NCBI RefSeq assembly: GCF_900079115.1 | Contig: NZ_LT549890.1 | Coordinates: forward strand, 840,001-872,000 | Source: Saccharolobus solfataricus | GTDB taxonomy: Archaea; Thermoproteota; Thermoprotei_A; Sulfolobales; Sulfolobaceae | DNA length: 32,000 nucleotides | Direction of reading: 5' to 3' | Shown here: piece after piece, positions 18,847 to 28,831 of the stretch | Numbering within the stretch: the stretch's first letter is position 1 | Layout of the letters: each line of letters starts with the position of its first letter | Translations under genes and position numbers: made by a program | Notes under the pieces: model-generated | Database searches by the model: none | What the model was told of the DNA's origin: nothing | The model's input: the letters and a program-made list of their open reading frames with translations, nothing else

Positions 18847-20184
18847 TGTCTTAACTATAACGAAGTTAGTCTTCCCCGCTTCTTGTTTAGGATCCCCTCC
18901 TACTATAACGATTTTTTTAAATTTTAAGTCCTTTATTTTTTCCTGCATTAGCTTGGCTGAGACGTCTATTATCTCGTCTATGGACTGCATCTTTTTGTTT
19001 ATACTAATGGGTATTACACCATAACAAAGCTTAAACTTTTTAGCTAGTCTAGGATCAGGAGAGACTCCTATTATGTTACGTTCAGGTCTCAGTCTCGATA
19101 CGCGCAATATTGAATTACCTGATCTACTATACACTACTATTACATCTGCCTTAGATACTTTACTTGCATTTACAGCAGCTAGAGCTATCGCATCACTCTC
19201 ACTATTTAGTGGTCCGATTGGTCTATGTTTTACACTCTTTTCTACATTACTTATGATATTATGAAGAGTTCTTACGCTTTCAACTGGATAATTGCCTATG
19301 GCTGTTTCATCGCTTAACATTATAGAGTCCACTCCCTGCATAATCGAGTTAGAAATATCTATAATCTCAGCTCTGGTAGGTATAGGGCTGTTTATCATCG
19401 AAGTTAATACTTGAGTTGCTAAAATGACGGGTTTGCCAAATACTCTTGAAGTCCTTACTATTCTCCTTTGAATTAAAGGCAGATTTTCTAAGCCAGTCTC
19501 AACCCCCAAATCGCCTCTGGCTACCATTATTCCATCCGATTCATTAACGATATTGGTTAAGTTCTTTAATGCCTCACTTTTTTCTATCTTCGCGATAACC
19601 CAAGCTTCATCACCTACAAATTCCTTTACCTTCTTTACATCATTCTCACTTATTACAAAAGAGAGTCCTATATAATCTGCTCCCAGATCTAAAGCTCTTT
19701 TTAAAAGTTTTAAATCGTTGTCCGTTATCCCAGATTTTAGATTGACATTAGGAATATTTATTCCTTTTCTCGATAATAAAATTCCACCCTCTATTACGGT
19801 TCCCTCTACTCTATCCTTAGCTTTTGACTTAACCCTCACACGTATTGTTCCGTCTGCAATTAAGATATCCGAGTTTTCTTTTACAGCCGAATAAAATAAC
19901 TCATCATCAACTGGAATTCCATCTTTTTGAGAGAAAACTATCTTATCTCCTTTCTTCACCTCTATTGGTTCTTTGAGTTCTCCTAGTCTCAACTTAGGCC
20001 CTGGCAAATCTACTATAATACTAGATTCCGGTGCATATGTTCTAATAAGATCAAAATACTTCCTATGAGATGTTTCGTCTCCATGTGCAAAATTTATTCT
20101 AAAAACATCAACGTATTCTGCCAGTTCTTTTACTTTTTCCTCTGAGGAAGGACCTAAAGTAGCAACTATTTTAGTCTTTCTCAT
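18826..20184 (-). CDS. pyk: Pyruvate kinase
   Basis: 452 aa starting MRKTKIVATLGPS, with INFAHG, IMVARGDLGVE and ATQVLTSM motifs characteristic of pyruvate kinase. Confidence 0.93.
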   Translation of the reverse strand: MRKTKIVATLGPSSEEKVKELAEYVDVFRINFAHGDETSHRKYFDLIRTYAPESSIIVDLPGPKLRLGELKEPIEVKKGDKIVFSQKDGIPVDDELFYSAVKENSDILIADGTIRVRVKSKAKDRVEGTVIEGGILLSRKGINIPNVNLKSGITDNDLKLLKRALDLGADYIGLSFVISENDVKKVKEFVGDEAWVIAKIEKSEALKNLTNIVNESDGIMVARGDLGVETGLENLPLIQRRIVRTSRVFGKPVILATQVLTSMINSPIPTRAEIIDISNSIMQGVDSIMLSDETAIGNYPVESVRTLHNIISNVEKSVKHRPIGPLNSESDAIALAAVNASKVSKADVIVVYSRSGNSILRVSRLRPERNIIGVSPDPRLAKKFKLCYGVIPISINKKMQSIDEIIDVSAKLMQEKIKDLKFKKIVIVGGDPKQEAGKTNFVIVKTLEQQKK

Positions 20185-20699
20185 TACATAATCTTACTAG
20201 CTATTTCTTTAATGTTTTCGCATGCCTCTTTTACTCCATTTTCGCATGCCTTCCTTAGGACTTCATTACTTTCTCTAACTGCATTTAGTTTCTTATATGC
20301 CGTTCCTATCTTTAATAAGAATTCTGGATTAATTTTTTCATTTTTCAAATCATTGTATAGCTTGTCTAATGAATCCTTTTTATTTGCCTTAACTATGACG
20401 TCTAGCGCCAGATCAACGTATTCACTCATCTTATTCATTAACGCATAACAGTAAACTACTCTCTTTATATTGGCACAAGGGGATATATCAAATATTTTTC
20501 CTATGGAATCTAGGGTCTTTACGACTGCATCGCAATTTGCTGTATCTATTATATTGCATATAATCCAATTCGACTCTTTGATGTTTTCTGGTGATATAGT
20601 CTTAGAGAGTAATTCAATTCCTTGTTCGACGAAACCATCTAATATTAGCCTTTTGGCTTCAATTAATTTTCTTCTTAGTTCTTGGCTCTCGCTCATCAA
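20184..20699 (-). CDS. Hypothetical helical protein, 171 aa
   Basis: Its stop codon shares one base with the pyk start (TAATG). It is predicted helical and charged, with a TPR/Sel1-like feel (KIGTAYKKLNAVRESNEVLRKACENGVKEACENI), but I cannot make a confident family call. Confidence 0.5.
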   Translation of the reverse strand: MMSESQELRRKLIEAKRLILDGFVEQGIELLSKTISPENIKESNWIICNIIDTANCDAVVKTLDSIGKIFDISPCANIKRVVYCYALMNKMSEYVDLALDVIVKANKKDSLDKLYNDLKNEKINPEFLLKIGTAYKKLNAVRESNEVLRKACENGVKEACENIKEIASKIM

Positions 20700-20730
20700 T
20701 AATACTCTACGTATTAATAGTTTAAATTAT

Positions 20731-20757
20731 TTCTTTAGATCACTTCTTTTAGATTAC
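20731..20757. promoter_or_regulatory. Tandem imperfect direct repeat upstream of the 171-aa/pyk unit
   Basis: ttctttagatcac is followed directly by ttcttttagattac, immediately distal to a TATA-like tttaaattat (20721-20730) about 25 nt upstream of the start at 20699. Confidence 0.3.
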
Positions 20758-20818
20758 ATTAAAATTACATGGGAGTTTTTCTTTATCTCAAACATTATTG
20801 ATTTAGCACATTCAGTAG

Positions 20819-21916
20819 TTATTCGTGATAGTACCGTGAAATATAACCAAGATCTTTCGCTTTACCTAGGGCTAAATCAGTAGCATATCTCCCCATAGCT
20901 GGTCCATAACTCCATCCTAATCTGCATGCTCCTGTAACTAATACTAAATTATTTCTCTTCCCTATTACTGGAAAACCGTCTGGTGAGCATGGTCTAAAAC
21001 CCATGTTTAAATCGATTATGTATTGGATATCAACTAGCTCTTCTGCTTTTTTTAGAAAATCTTCTGCTCTTTTAGAGTCAATGGAAAAGTCTGCATCGAA
21101 CCCTCCGGTTATCTTTATATGGTCACTTAACGGTGAGATAGCTAGACCATAATCAACAATAACCGCTGCACGATTTAACTTACTAACACCTTTGACTCTA
21201 TATCCATAACCCTTGAACGCAGTTAGTGGGATTTTTAGGATTCTAGACCAAATCCCAGCTGCTACTACTACTAAATCGTATTTTTCCCCATCTATATATC
21301 CCTCATCAGATACTTTGATAACCTCTTCATTTTTAACCTTTATATTGCTGACAATTTCTCTTGAAATTCTATCAATAAATTTTTCGGTAGAGATTCTACT
21401 TAGCTCTGGAAAGAATAATCCACCCGCAAAACCCTTGATCTCCTCAATTTCAAACTTAGGATTAAATGGGCTTTTCTTCTCATCCTCTATTCCACTTTCA
21501 AACTCTTTAGAATTGTAATATAGTTCAAGAAGACCGTCTTCGTGATAATCGAAATCATTCTTTTCCTCAGCAATTCTCTTATATTCTGATAAGGAAAACT
21601 TAGCCATCTCCCTCATTGTATCCCAAGCTTCTCCCGGAGGGTCCTTTTCCAGATTCTTAATAAGCTCTACTAACCAGAGTTTATCAACTTCCTTTATATC
21701 CGTACTTCCATTCATTTTATATTTTAACATCTTTTTAATCATGCTAAGGGTATTTATTTTATCAAACCTATAAGGCTCTATTAAGCCTGCAGCGTGTATG
21801 GAACCAGCTCCTAGGAAGCCTTTTTCATATATTATAATGTCTTTTATCCCTTCCTTAGCTAGGTAGTAAGCAGTAAATAAACCTACTATCCCTCCTCCTA
21901 CAATCCCAACTTTCAA
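20819..21916 (-). CDS. FAD-dependent oxidoreductase (DAO / D-amino-acid or glycine oxidase-like family)
   Basis: 365 aa with the N-terminal dinucleotide-binding motif KVGIVGGGIVGLFTAYYLAKEG and the DAO-like C-terminal LVLVTGACRLGWSYGPAMG. The TTG start overlaps the upstream stop codon (TTGA). Confidence 0.75.
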   Translation of the reverse strand: MKVGIVGGGIVGLFTAYYLAKEGIKDIIIYEKGFLGAGSIHAAGLIEPYRFDKINTLSMIKKMLKYKMNGSTDIKEVDKLWLVELIKNLEKDPPGEAWDTMREMAKFSLSEYKRIAEEKNDFDYHEDGLLELYYNSKEFESGIEDEKKSPFNPKFEIEEIKGFAGGLFFPELSRISTEKFIDRISREIVSNIKVKNEEVIKVSDEGYIDGEKYDLVVVAAGIWSRILKIPLTAFKGYGYRVKGVSKLNRAAVIVDYGLAISPLSDHIKITGGFDADFSIDSKRAEDFLKKAEELVDIQYIIDLNMGFRPCSPDGFPVIGKRNNLVLVTGACRLGWSYGPAMGRYATDLALGKAKDLGYISRYYHE

Positions 21917-22599
21917 GTTAACTCTTTAATTAATTTCTCAGCAACTTTTTTAACTTTACTTTGTTGCATAGTTAGTTCTTCTAAATATCTAATATTCGCC
22001 TTTAACTCGTCTAAACTGATGAAATTTTCCTTAACTAGCATAAAAGCTATCCTCCAAGCCAGTATTCTAACGTTGGCTTTTTTACTTTTTAGAAATTCTG
22101 AAAACCTATCCTTATCTGAGGAGTCAAATATCCCTTCATGTACTAATTTAACAAACAGTCTCCAAGCTTTTTTCCTAATAGTGGGATAAATACTTCTTAA
22201 TAATCTCCAGTAGGCGTATCTCGTGCTTCTGATATGTTCTTTTGGAACTATCTCTAGTTGGATTAACTTTAGCACATTACTCCAAGCAGACCATTTTATC
22301 TTGTCTGATTGTGCTGTCAATGCTCTCTCAATCCCCTTTGTCTGTAAGATCTTATACACATGTAAGTGTTTCCAAGCATCGTCTCTAACTCCTTGCAATC
22401 TATGCCACAATAGTGATCTTAAATAATTCCTATACTGTTCTAGTTCATTAACATTCCCAGTCTCAATTAAGAAATCTATAGCTTTCCATCCAACTTCTCT
22501 TTCTAATCCATCTTTACTTTTTAGCAAGTTGAGTAAACTTCTTATATTCCTTATCAGATATTTGACGTCCTTTCTTTCCAATGCGTTCTTTATATTCAT
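21913..22599 (-). CDS. HEAT-like repeat protein, 228 aa
   Basis: Five copies of a (V/I)(R/K)xxAW+xhxxLh motif occur at W38, W76, W106, W146 and W182. The ATG is preceded by GGAGA, and the gene starts 9 nt after the glgA stop codon. Confidence 0.6.
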   Translation of the reverse strand: MNIKNALERKDVKYLIRNIRSLLNLLKSKDGLEREVGWKAIDFLIETGNVNELEQYRNYLRSLLWHRLQGVRDDAWKHLHVYKILQTKGIERALTAQSDKIKWSAWSNVLKLIQLEIVPKEHIRSTRYAYWRLLRSIYPTIRKKAWRLFVKLVHEGIFDSSDKDRFSEFLKSKKANVRILAWRIAFMLVKENFISLDELKANIRYLEELTMQQSKVKKVAEKLIKELT

Positions 22600-22608
22600 G
22601 ATATCTCC

Positions 22609-24309
22609 TCAAAAAGAGGCTAAAGCCCTATATTTAGCCATATCGAGAGTCTTTCTATAACACTCAGTTAAGGAGTTTATCACTGCATCCCATCTAAATC
22701 TACTCTTAACCCTAGTTATTGCATTTTCACGTACCTTATCCCAGTATCTCGTATCATCTACTTTAACCTCACTCGCCTTATATAACAAATCGCTTTTATT
22801 TAGCTCAGAAGCCTCTGACAAATATAATGCAATCCTTATGGCTCTAGCTAATTCGTCTATACTTTCAGGCTTAATTAAGAGACCTGTGGCATTATTCTTA
22901 TCCTCCCTAATGTCAACGACTGTTTCTCTTAAACCCCCTACGCTATAGGCAATTACTGGCAACCCCATAGCCATAGCCTCAATTGAATTTATGCCAAATG
23001 GTTCCCATCTAGATGGAATGACGAAGACTGAAGATACGTAGTGAAACAATTTATATAAATCTAAATCCATTCTACCCACTATTAACCTAATATTATCCTT
23101 AATTTCTGAAGCCCTCTCTATAATATCCCAAAGTAAGTTGTAATCCCCAGACGGTAGCCCAAAAATTAAGAGCCTAGCATTATTTATCTCATTCACAACT
23201 GTTTTCATAGCCCTTAAAAGTAAATCTACACCTTTTTGATATACTAATCTCCCAGTGAATAGAACAAGGGGTCCTTCCCCTAAATCGTCGTAAGTCCAAT
23301 CATCTCTTAATCCTAGTCTATTTCTATTATTCCATAGCATATTGCCGGTAGTGTAATCCTCTGGAATAACCCTTAGGGAGTGCAGAGATGAAAGTAGCCT
23401 TCTCCTTAACTCCCTTCTGTCCTTAGTTCCATACATTGTAACAGCCTTATTTTGGATCTCTTCCACATCCCAATCCGTACCATTATACGTTACACATGAT
23501 TTATTGGCTACCCAATTTCCTACAAAATTAAATACGTCAAAACTTAAATAACTGTAACTTACACTACTCACCATATCAGCCTCGTAACAACCAAATTTCT
23601 CAATTTTTCCACCTGACAACACATCCCATACATATGAATATTTATATAATTCATGCTTAGCTACCATCCAAATATAATGCCAACAATCCTCAATTCCAGA
23701 CCAGTCTTGAGAAGCGTAGTGCCAAGGTACACCAATGTAATTCAGTAAGTGAATAGTGTAAATAAATGGGACGATTATTCGTCTCTCTTCCAAGAGTTGT
23801 TTTATCCTAACTGCGGGAATTACGGCGTGCCAATCTTGTGCATGGATTATATCTGGAAGGTTAGATAGATTGCCTAAAGTGAACCCCTCTAATCCTCTTG
23901 TTAATAGCGAAATTTTCTCCATTGTGTTATCATAGATATTCCATGAATCTAATACCCTACCAGTGTTATAATCTAATCCTTTTACCAAAATTACCTTGAA
24001 ATTATCTATTTTTCCTTCTTCAAATCCTATTTTATAATTATAATAGTTATTATCTATACCCTTTCTTCTTCCCTCAACGATCATGTCAATATGTCTTAAA
24101 CTTAAGAGAGACCTATAATATTCATTTAGATGCCTTCCATGAGATGGCAAGAAAACCGTAATATCTACTCCCTTTTCAGCTAGATGTTTAGCTATGTTAT
24201 ATACAGCATTTCCTAATCCTCCAACACTTGCTATCTTTTGCAATTCAAATGTTATCATCCACACTTTTTTAATGTCCTCAGGTAACCACAATGATTCAAT
24301 CCTTTTCAT
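22609..24309 (-). CDS. glgA: Glycogen synthase (GT-B glycosyltransferase)
   Basis: 566 aa with KIASVGGLGNAV (KxGGL-type signature) near the N-terminus and the PSRWEPFGINSIEAMAMGLPVIA E-x7-E motif. The start could alternatively be Met18 (VWMITFE), which would remove the 14-nt overlap with the upstream gene. Confidence 0.88.
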   Translation of the reverse strand: MKRIESLWLPEDIKKVWMITFELQKIASVGGLGNAVYNIAKHLAEKGVDITVFLPSHGRHLNEYYRSLLSLRHIDMIVEGRRKGIDNNYYNYKIGFEEGKIDNFKVILVKGLDYNTGRVLDSWNIYDNTMEKISLLTRGLEGFTLGNLSNLPDIIHAQDWHAVIPAVRIKQLLEERRIIVPFIYTIHLLNYIGVPWHYASQDWSGIEDCWHYIWMVAKHELYKYSYVWDVLSGGKIEKFGCYEADMVSSVSYSYLSFDVFNFVGNWVANKSCVTYNGTDWDVEEIQNKAVTMYGTKDRRELRRRLLSSLHSLRVIPEDYTTGNMLWNNRNRLGLRDDWTYDDLGEGPLVLFTGRLVYQKGVDLLLRAMKTVVNEINNARLLIFGLPSGDYNLLWDIIERASEIKDNIRLIVGRMDLDLYKLFHYVSSVFVIPSRWEPFGINSIEAMAMGLPVIAYSVGGLRETVVDIREDKNNATGLLIKPESIDELARAIRIALYLSEASELNKSDLLYKASEVKVDDTRYWDKVRENAITRVKSRFRWDAVINSLTECYRKTLDMAKYRALASF

Positions 24310-25639
24310 TTCCTAACCACAGCCTTAAGTTTTTCAAATGAGTTTTAAACCTTTCATCTCTCATTACAATTTCCATGAACTCTTTTTCATTCCAAGCTAT
24401 CGACGCTCTCTTATCTCCTAATATGAATATATAAGGCTCATTCTTAATATTTAATTTACTTATTTCTTCATGTATAAATGTCGATATTGCATAAAATTCA
24501 TTTATAAACGCATCTATAGGGGATCCAAAGGCGTTAAAATAGGAATGTACTTCAGCTGGACTCCCATGCCCTAAATAAAGATAATAGTAATTATCGCTTG
24601 TAGTAAAATATCTCCAGACCCTTAAATACTCATTACCCAATTCCCTTGAGGGCATCTCAGCCCTTCTAACCGCATCATCGTAAGCCCATTGCATTATATT
24701 TCCCAACCAACTTTTCTCATCTTTTTCTATATCAGCCCACGAGGTAGTATGAGCAATTTCTATTTCATCATAGACGTCATTGTAAACTTCCTTTGGCATC
24801 ATCATTTCAACTCCTTTACTGTTAAGCTCTATTGGTAACCATTTAAGAAATTCTAAAATTCCAGTTTGTTCTCTGTGGTGTTCTCCAAAAGTCTCGTAAT
24901 CTACGAATATTAATCCTACATTTCCCTCACTTCTACTTATCCAATCAGCATACTTGGAAGCTGTTAACGGATATTGATCCCAATTTGGATTAGAAAATCT
25001 GAAGGCTATATCATCACTTAACGTATAATTCCTAAACAACATTCTAATCTCATGTCCCTTCAATTTATAGACGTAATTTGGACTTCGTCCATTTAAATTT
25101 CTATTAGTTCCCTCACTTAACATCATCTTAAAGCCCATTTTTTCAACTTCTTCTACAATATCCTTTTTAGTAATTAATTCAGTATTTTCAAAAGTGGTAG
25201 GATATTGTCCAAAATAAGACTTTATCGTATCCTTATGCATCTTAACTTGCTCTTTCCATTCACTTTTATCCTCCCAAAGGCTGGTTACAGAATGATAATA
25301 GGTTTGCGCTAGAAATTCAACTTTATGTGTATATGCCAATTGTTGAAATAATTCTATTACCTCTCTTCCCCATCTCTCCGCTTGCTCTAAGAAAGTCCCT
25401 GAAATTGAAAAGAAGTATTTAACGTTATTTCCTTCTTCTTCGGCTCTTTCAATAGAGCTTAGTATTATGTTTGTTGCAGGGATGTAGCAGTTCTTCTTTA
25501 TTCTCTCAAATATCTCTTTATTTCTCTCAGTATCGAAAAATCTATCCTCTAGCTTTTGTCTAAATCGCGGGTTCCAGAAGAAATCTCTTCTAATCCTGAA
25601 TGGTTGGTGAACTTCAAATCCTACTATTACTCTTTTCAT
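24296..25639 (-). CDS. Glycoside hydrolase family 57 protein (alpha-amylase / alpha-glucan-active enzyme)
   Basis: 447 aa with GH57 conserved regions EVHQPFR, MLSEGT (putative nucleophile Glu) and FVDYETFGEHH (putative acid/base Asp). Confidence 0.8.
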   Translation of the reverse strand: MKRVIVGFEVHQPFRIRRDFFWNPRFRQKLEDRFFDTERNKEIFERIKKNCYIPATNIILSSIERAEEEGNNVKYFFSISGTFLEQAERWGREVIELFQQLAYTHKVEFLAQTYYHSVTSLWEDKSEWKEQVKMHKDTIKSYFGQYPTTFENTELITKKDIVEEVEKMGFKMMLSEGTNRNLNGRSPNYVYKLKGHEIRMLFRNYTLSDDIAFRFSNPNWDQYPLTASKYADWISRSEGNVGLIFVDYETFGEHHREQTGILEFLKWLPIELNSKGVEMMMPKEVYNDVYDEIEIAHTTSWADIEKDEKSWLGNIMQWAYDDAVRRAEMPSRELGNEYLRVWRYFTTSDNYYYLYLGHGSPAEVHSYFNAFGSPIDAFINEFYAISTFIHEEISKLNIKNEPYIFILGDKRASIAWNEKEFMEIVMRDERFKTHLKNLRLWLGNEKD

Positions 25640-25673
25640 ATCTTTTTATAAGTTACACATTCATAAATATTAT
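25640..25673. promoter_or_regulatory. 34-bp divergent promoter spacer with two opposed TATA-like boxes
   Basis: ctttttataag (25642-25652) lies 27-30 nt upstream of the plus-strand start. cataaatatta (25662-25672) lies about 28 nt upstream of the minus-strand ATG at 25639. Confidence 0.45.
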
Positions 25674-26942
25674 TTGATGACAAAGTGGGATATATCAGAT
25701 GTAAAAGTTATAATTCCCATAGGGGGTGAGGCTACTAGACTAAGACCCTTAACAATAGAAACATCTAAAGCAGCTGTTAGATTACTTAATAGACCGCTTA
25801 TTGAATATACAATTTTAGAGTTAGCTAAACAAGGTATTAAGGAATTTATCTTTGGTGTAAAAGGGTATGTAAATTATAGGTCTTTGTTTGACTTATTCAA
25901 GGAGGGTATTGGTTTTTCGGCAAGATACAAGATTAAGCCAAGAGTTCACTTTAAGTATCAACCGAGAGTAGATAGTATAGGTAACGCTGACTCTGTAAGA
26001 ATAAATATTGAATATTATGACATTAATGAACCAATTGTAGTAGTGCAAGGCGATAATATATTCAAATTAGATATAACGAAAGCATTGGAATTTCATGAAT
26101 CCAAAAGTTCGCTTATGACCATAGTGCTAAAGAAGTATGAAGGAGACTTAAGCGAATTTGGCGTAGCTGATACCACTGGAGATTTAGCAATAAGAAAATT
26201 TGTTGAGAAGCCAAAAAGAAGAGAGGACGCACCATCAGATTTAATAAATACTGGGATTTACATCTTGTCCCCTGAAATAAGAAAGATATTCAAGAGTAAT
26301 GACGTGAAGGAAATGTACAAAATGGGCAAAATGGATTTTGGAAAGGATATAATTCCATACTTGATAAATAAAGGTTATCCAGTTTACGGATATCCCATGA
26401 AGGAAATATGGTTTGATATAGGTACTCCAGAGCGTTATTTGGACGCAATGGTTACGCTACTGCACACATTGTCAGATTCTGAAATAGGTGGAATAAGAAT
26501 AGATCCTAATAGACGTATATTTGTACAAGGAACAAGCCCAGACTCAAGGAAGAGAAGAAGAGAGATACAGAGAAAATTCAAGAAAGGACTCATAAAGATT
26601 GAGGGCGATGCACTTATCGGTAGGCATTGTCAAATAGGTGACGATACATATATAGAGGAGTCTAATATAGACAATTTTACAATGATTGGGAAGGGTGTAA
26701 AGATAGTAAGAAGTGCAATTATGGATAGAGGCTATATTGGAGATAATGTGCATATTGAAAATTCGATAATAGCTAGGCACGTCGAGATAAGGTCAAATAA
26801 TGAGAAGCCAGTTAGAATAATAAATAGTGTAATTGCTGACGATGTAATAGTAGGAGAAGGTACCGAGATTATAAATTCCAGAATTTACCCACACAAGTTT
26901 ATAAATGCCGGGAGTAGAATTCATGATACAATATTGACATGA
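25674..26942 (+). CDS. Sugar-1-phosphate nucleotidyltransferase (NDP-glucose pyrophosphorylase-like) with C-terminal left-handed beta-helix
   Basis: 422 aa with [14 protein letters not shown] (GxGTRLxPLT-type), an EKP motif, and C-terminal hexapeptide-like repeats ([26 protein letters not shown]). The start is TTG at 25674 or the ATG at 25677. Confidence 0.8.
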   Translation: MMTKWDISDVKVIIPIGGEATRLRPLTIETSKAAVRLLNRPLIEYTILELAKQGIKEFIFGVKGYVNYRSLFDLFKEGIGFSARYKIKPRVHFKYQPRVDSIGNADSVRINIEYYDINEPIVVVQGDNIFKLDITKALEFHESKSSLMTIVLKKYEGDLSEFGVADTTGDLAIRKFVEKPKRREDAPSDLINTGIYILSPEIRKIFKSNDVKEMYKMGKMDFGKDIIPYLINKGYPVYGYPMKEIWFDIGTPERYLDAMVTLLHTLSDSEIGGIRIDPNRRIFVQGTSPDSRKRRREIQRKFKKGLIKIEGDALIGRHCQIGDDTYIEESNIDNFTMIGKGVKIVRSAIMDRGYIGDNVHIENSIIARHVEIRSNNEKPVRIINSVIADDVIVGEGTEIINSRIYPHKFINAGSRIHDTILT

Positions 26943-26955
26943 AAGGCATTTCACC

Positions 26956-28824
<1,869 letters not shown>

Positions 28825-28831
28825 CCCTTGA

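Noticed and set aside
20212-20883. Plus-strand ORFs 20212-20448 and 20470-20883; the latter bridges the intergenic gap.
   Set aside because: They are antisense to the 171-aa gene and the flavoprotein gene. The translations are low-complexity, and the bridging part coincides with the promoter region of the minus-strand unit.
26544-26780. Minus-strand 78-aa ORF inside the nucleotidyltransferase gene.
   Set aside because: It is antisense to a gene with clear motifs and shows no independent signals.
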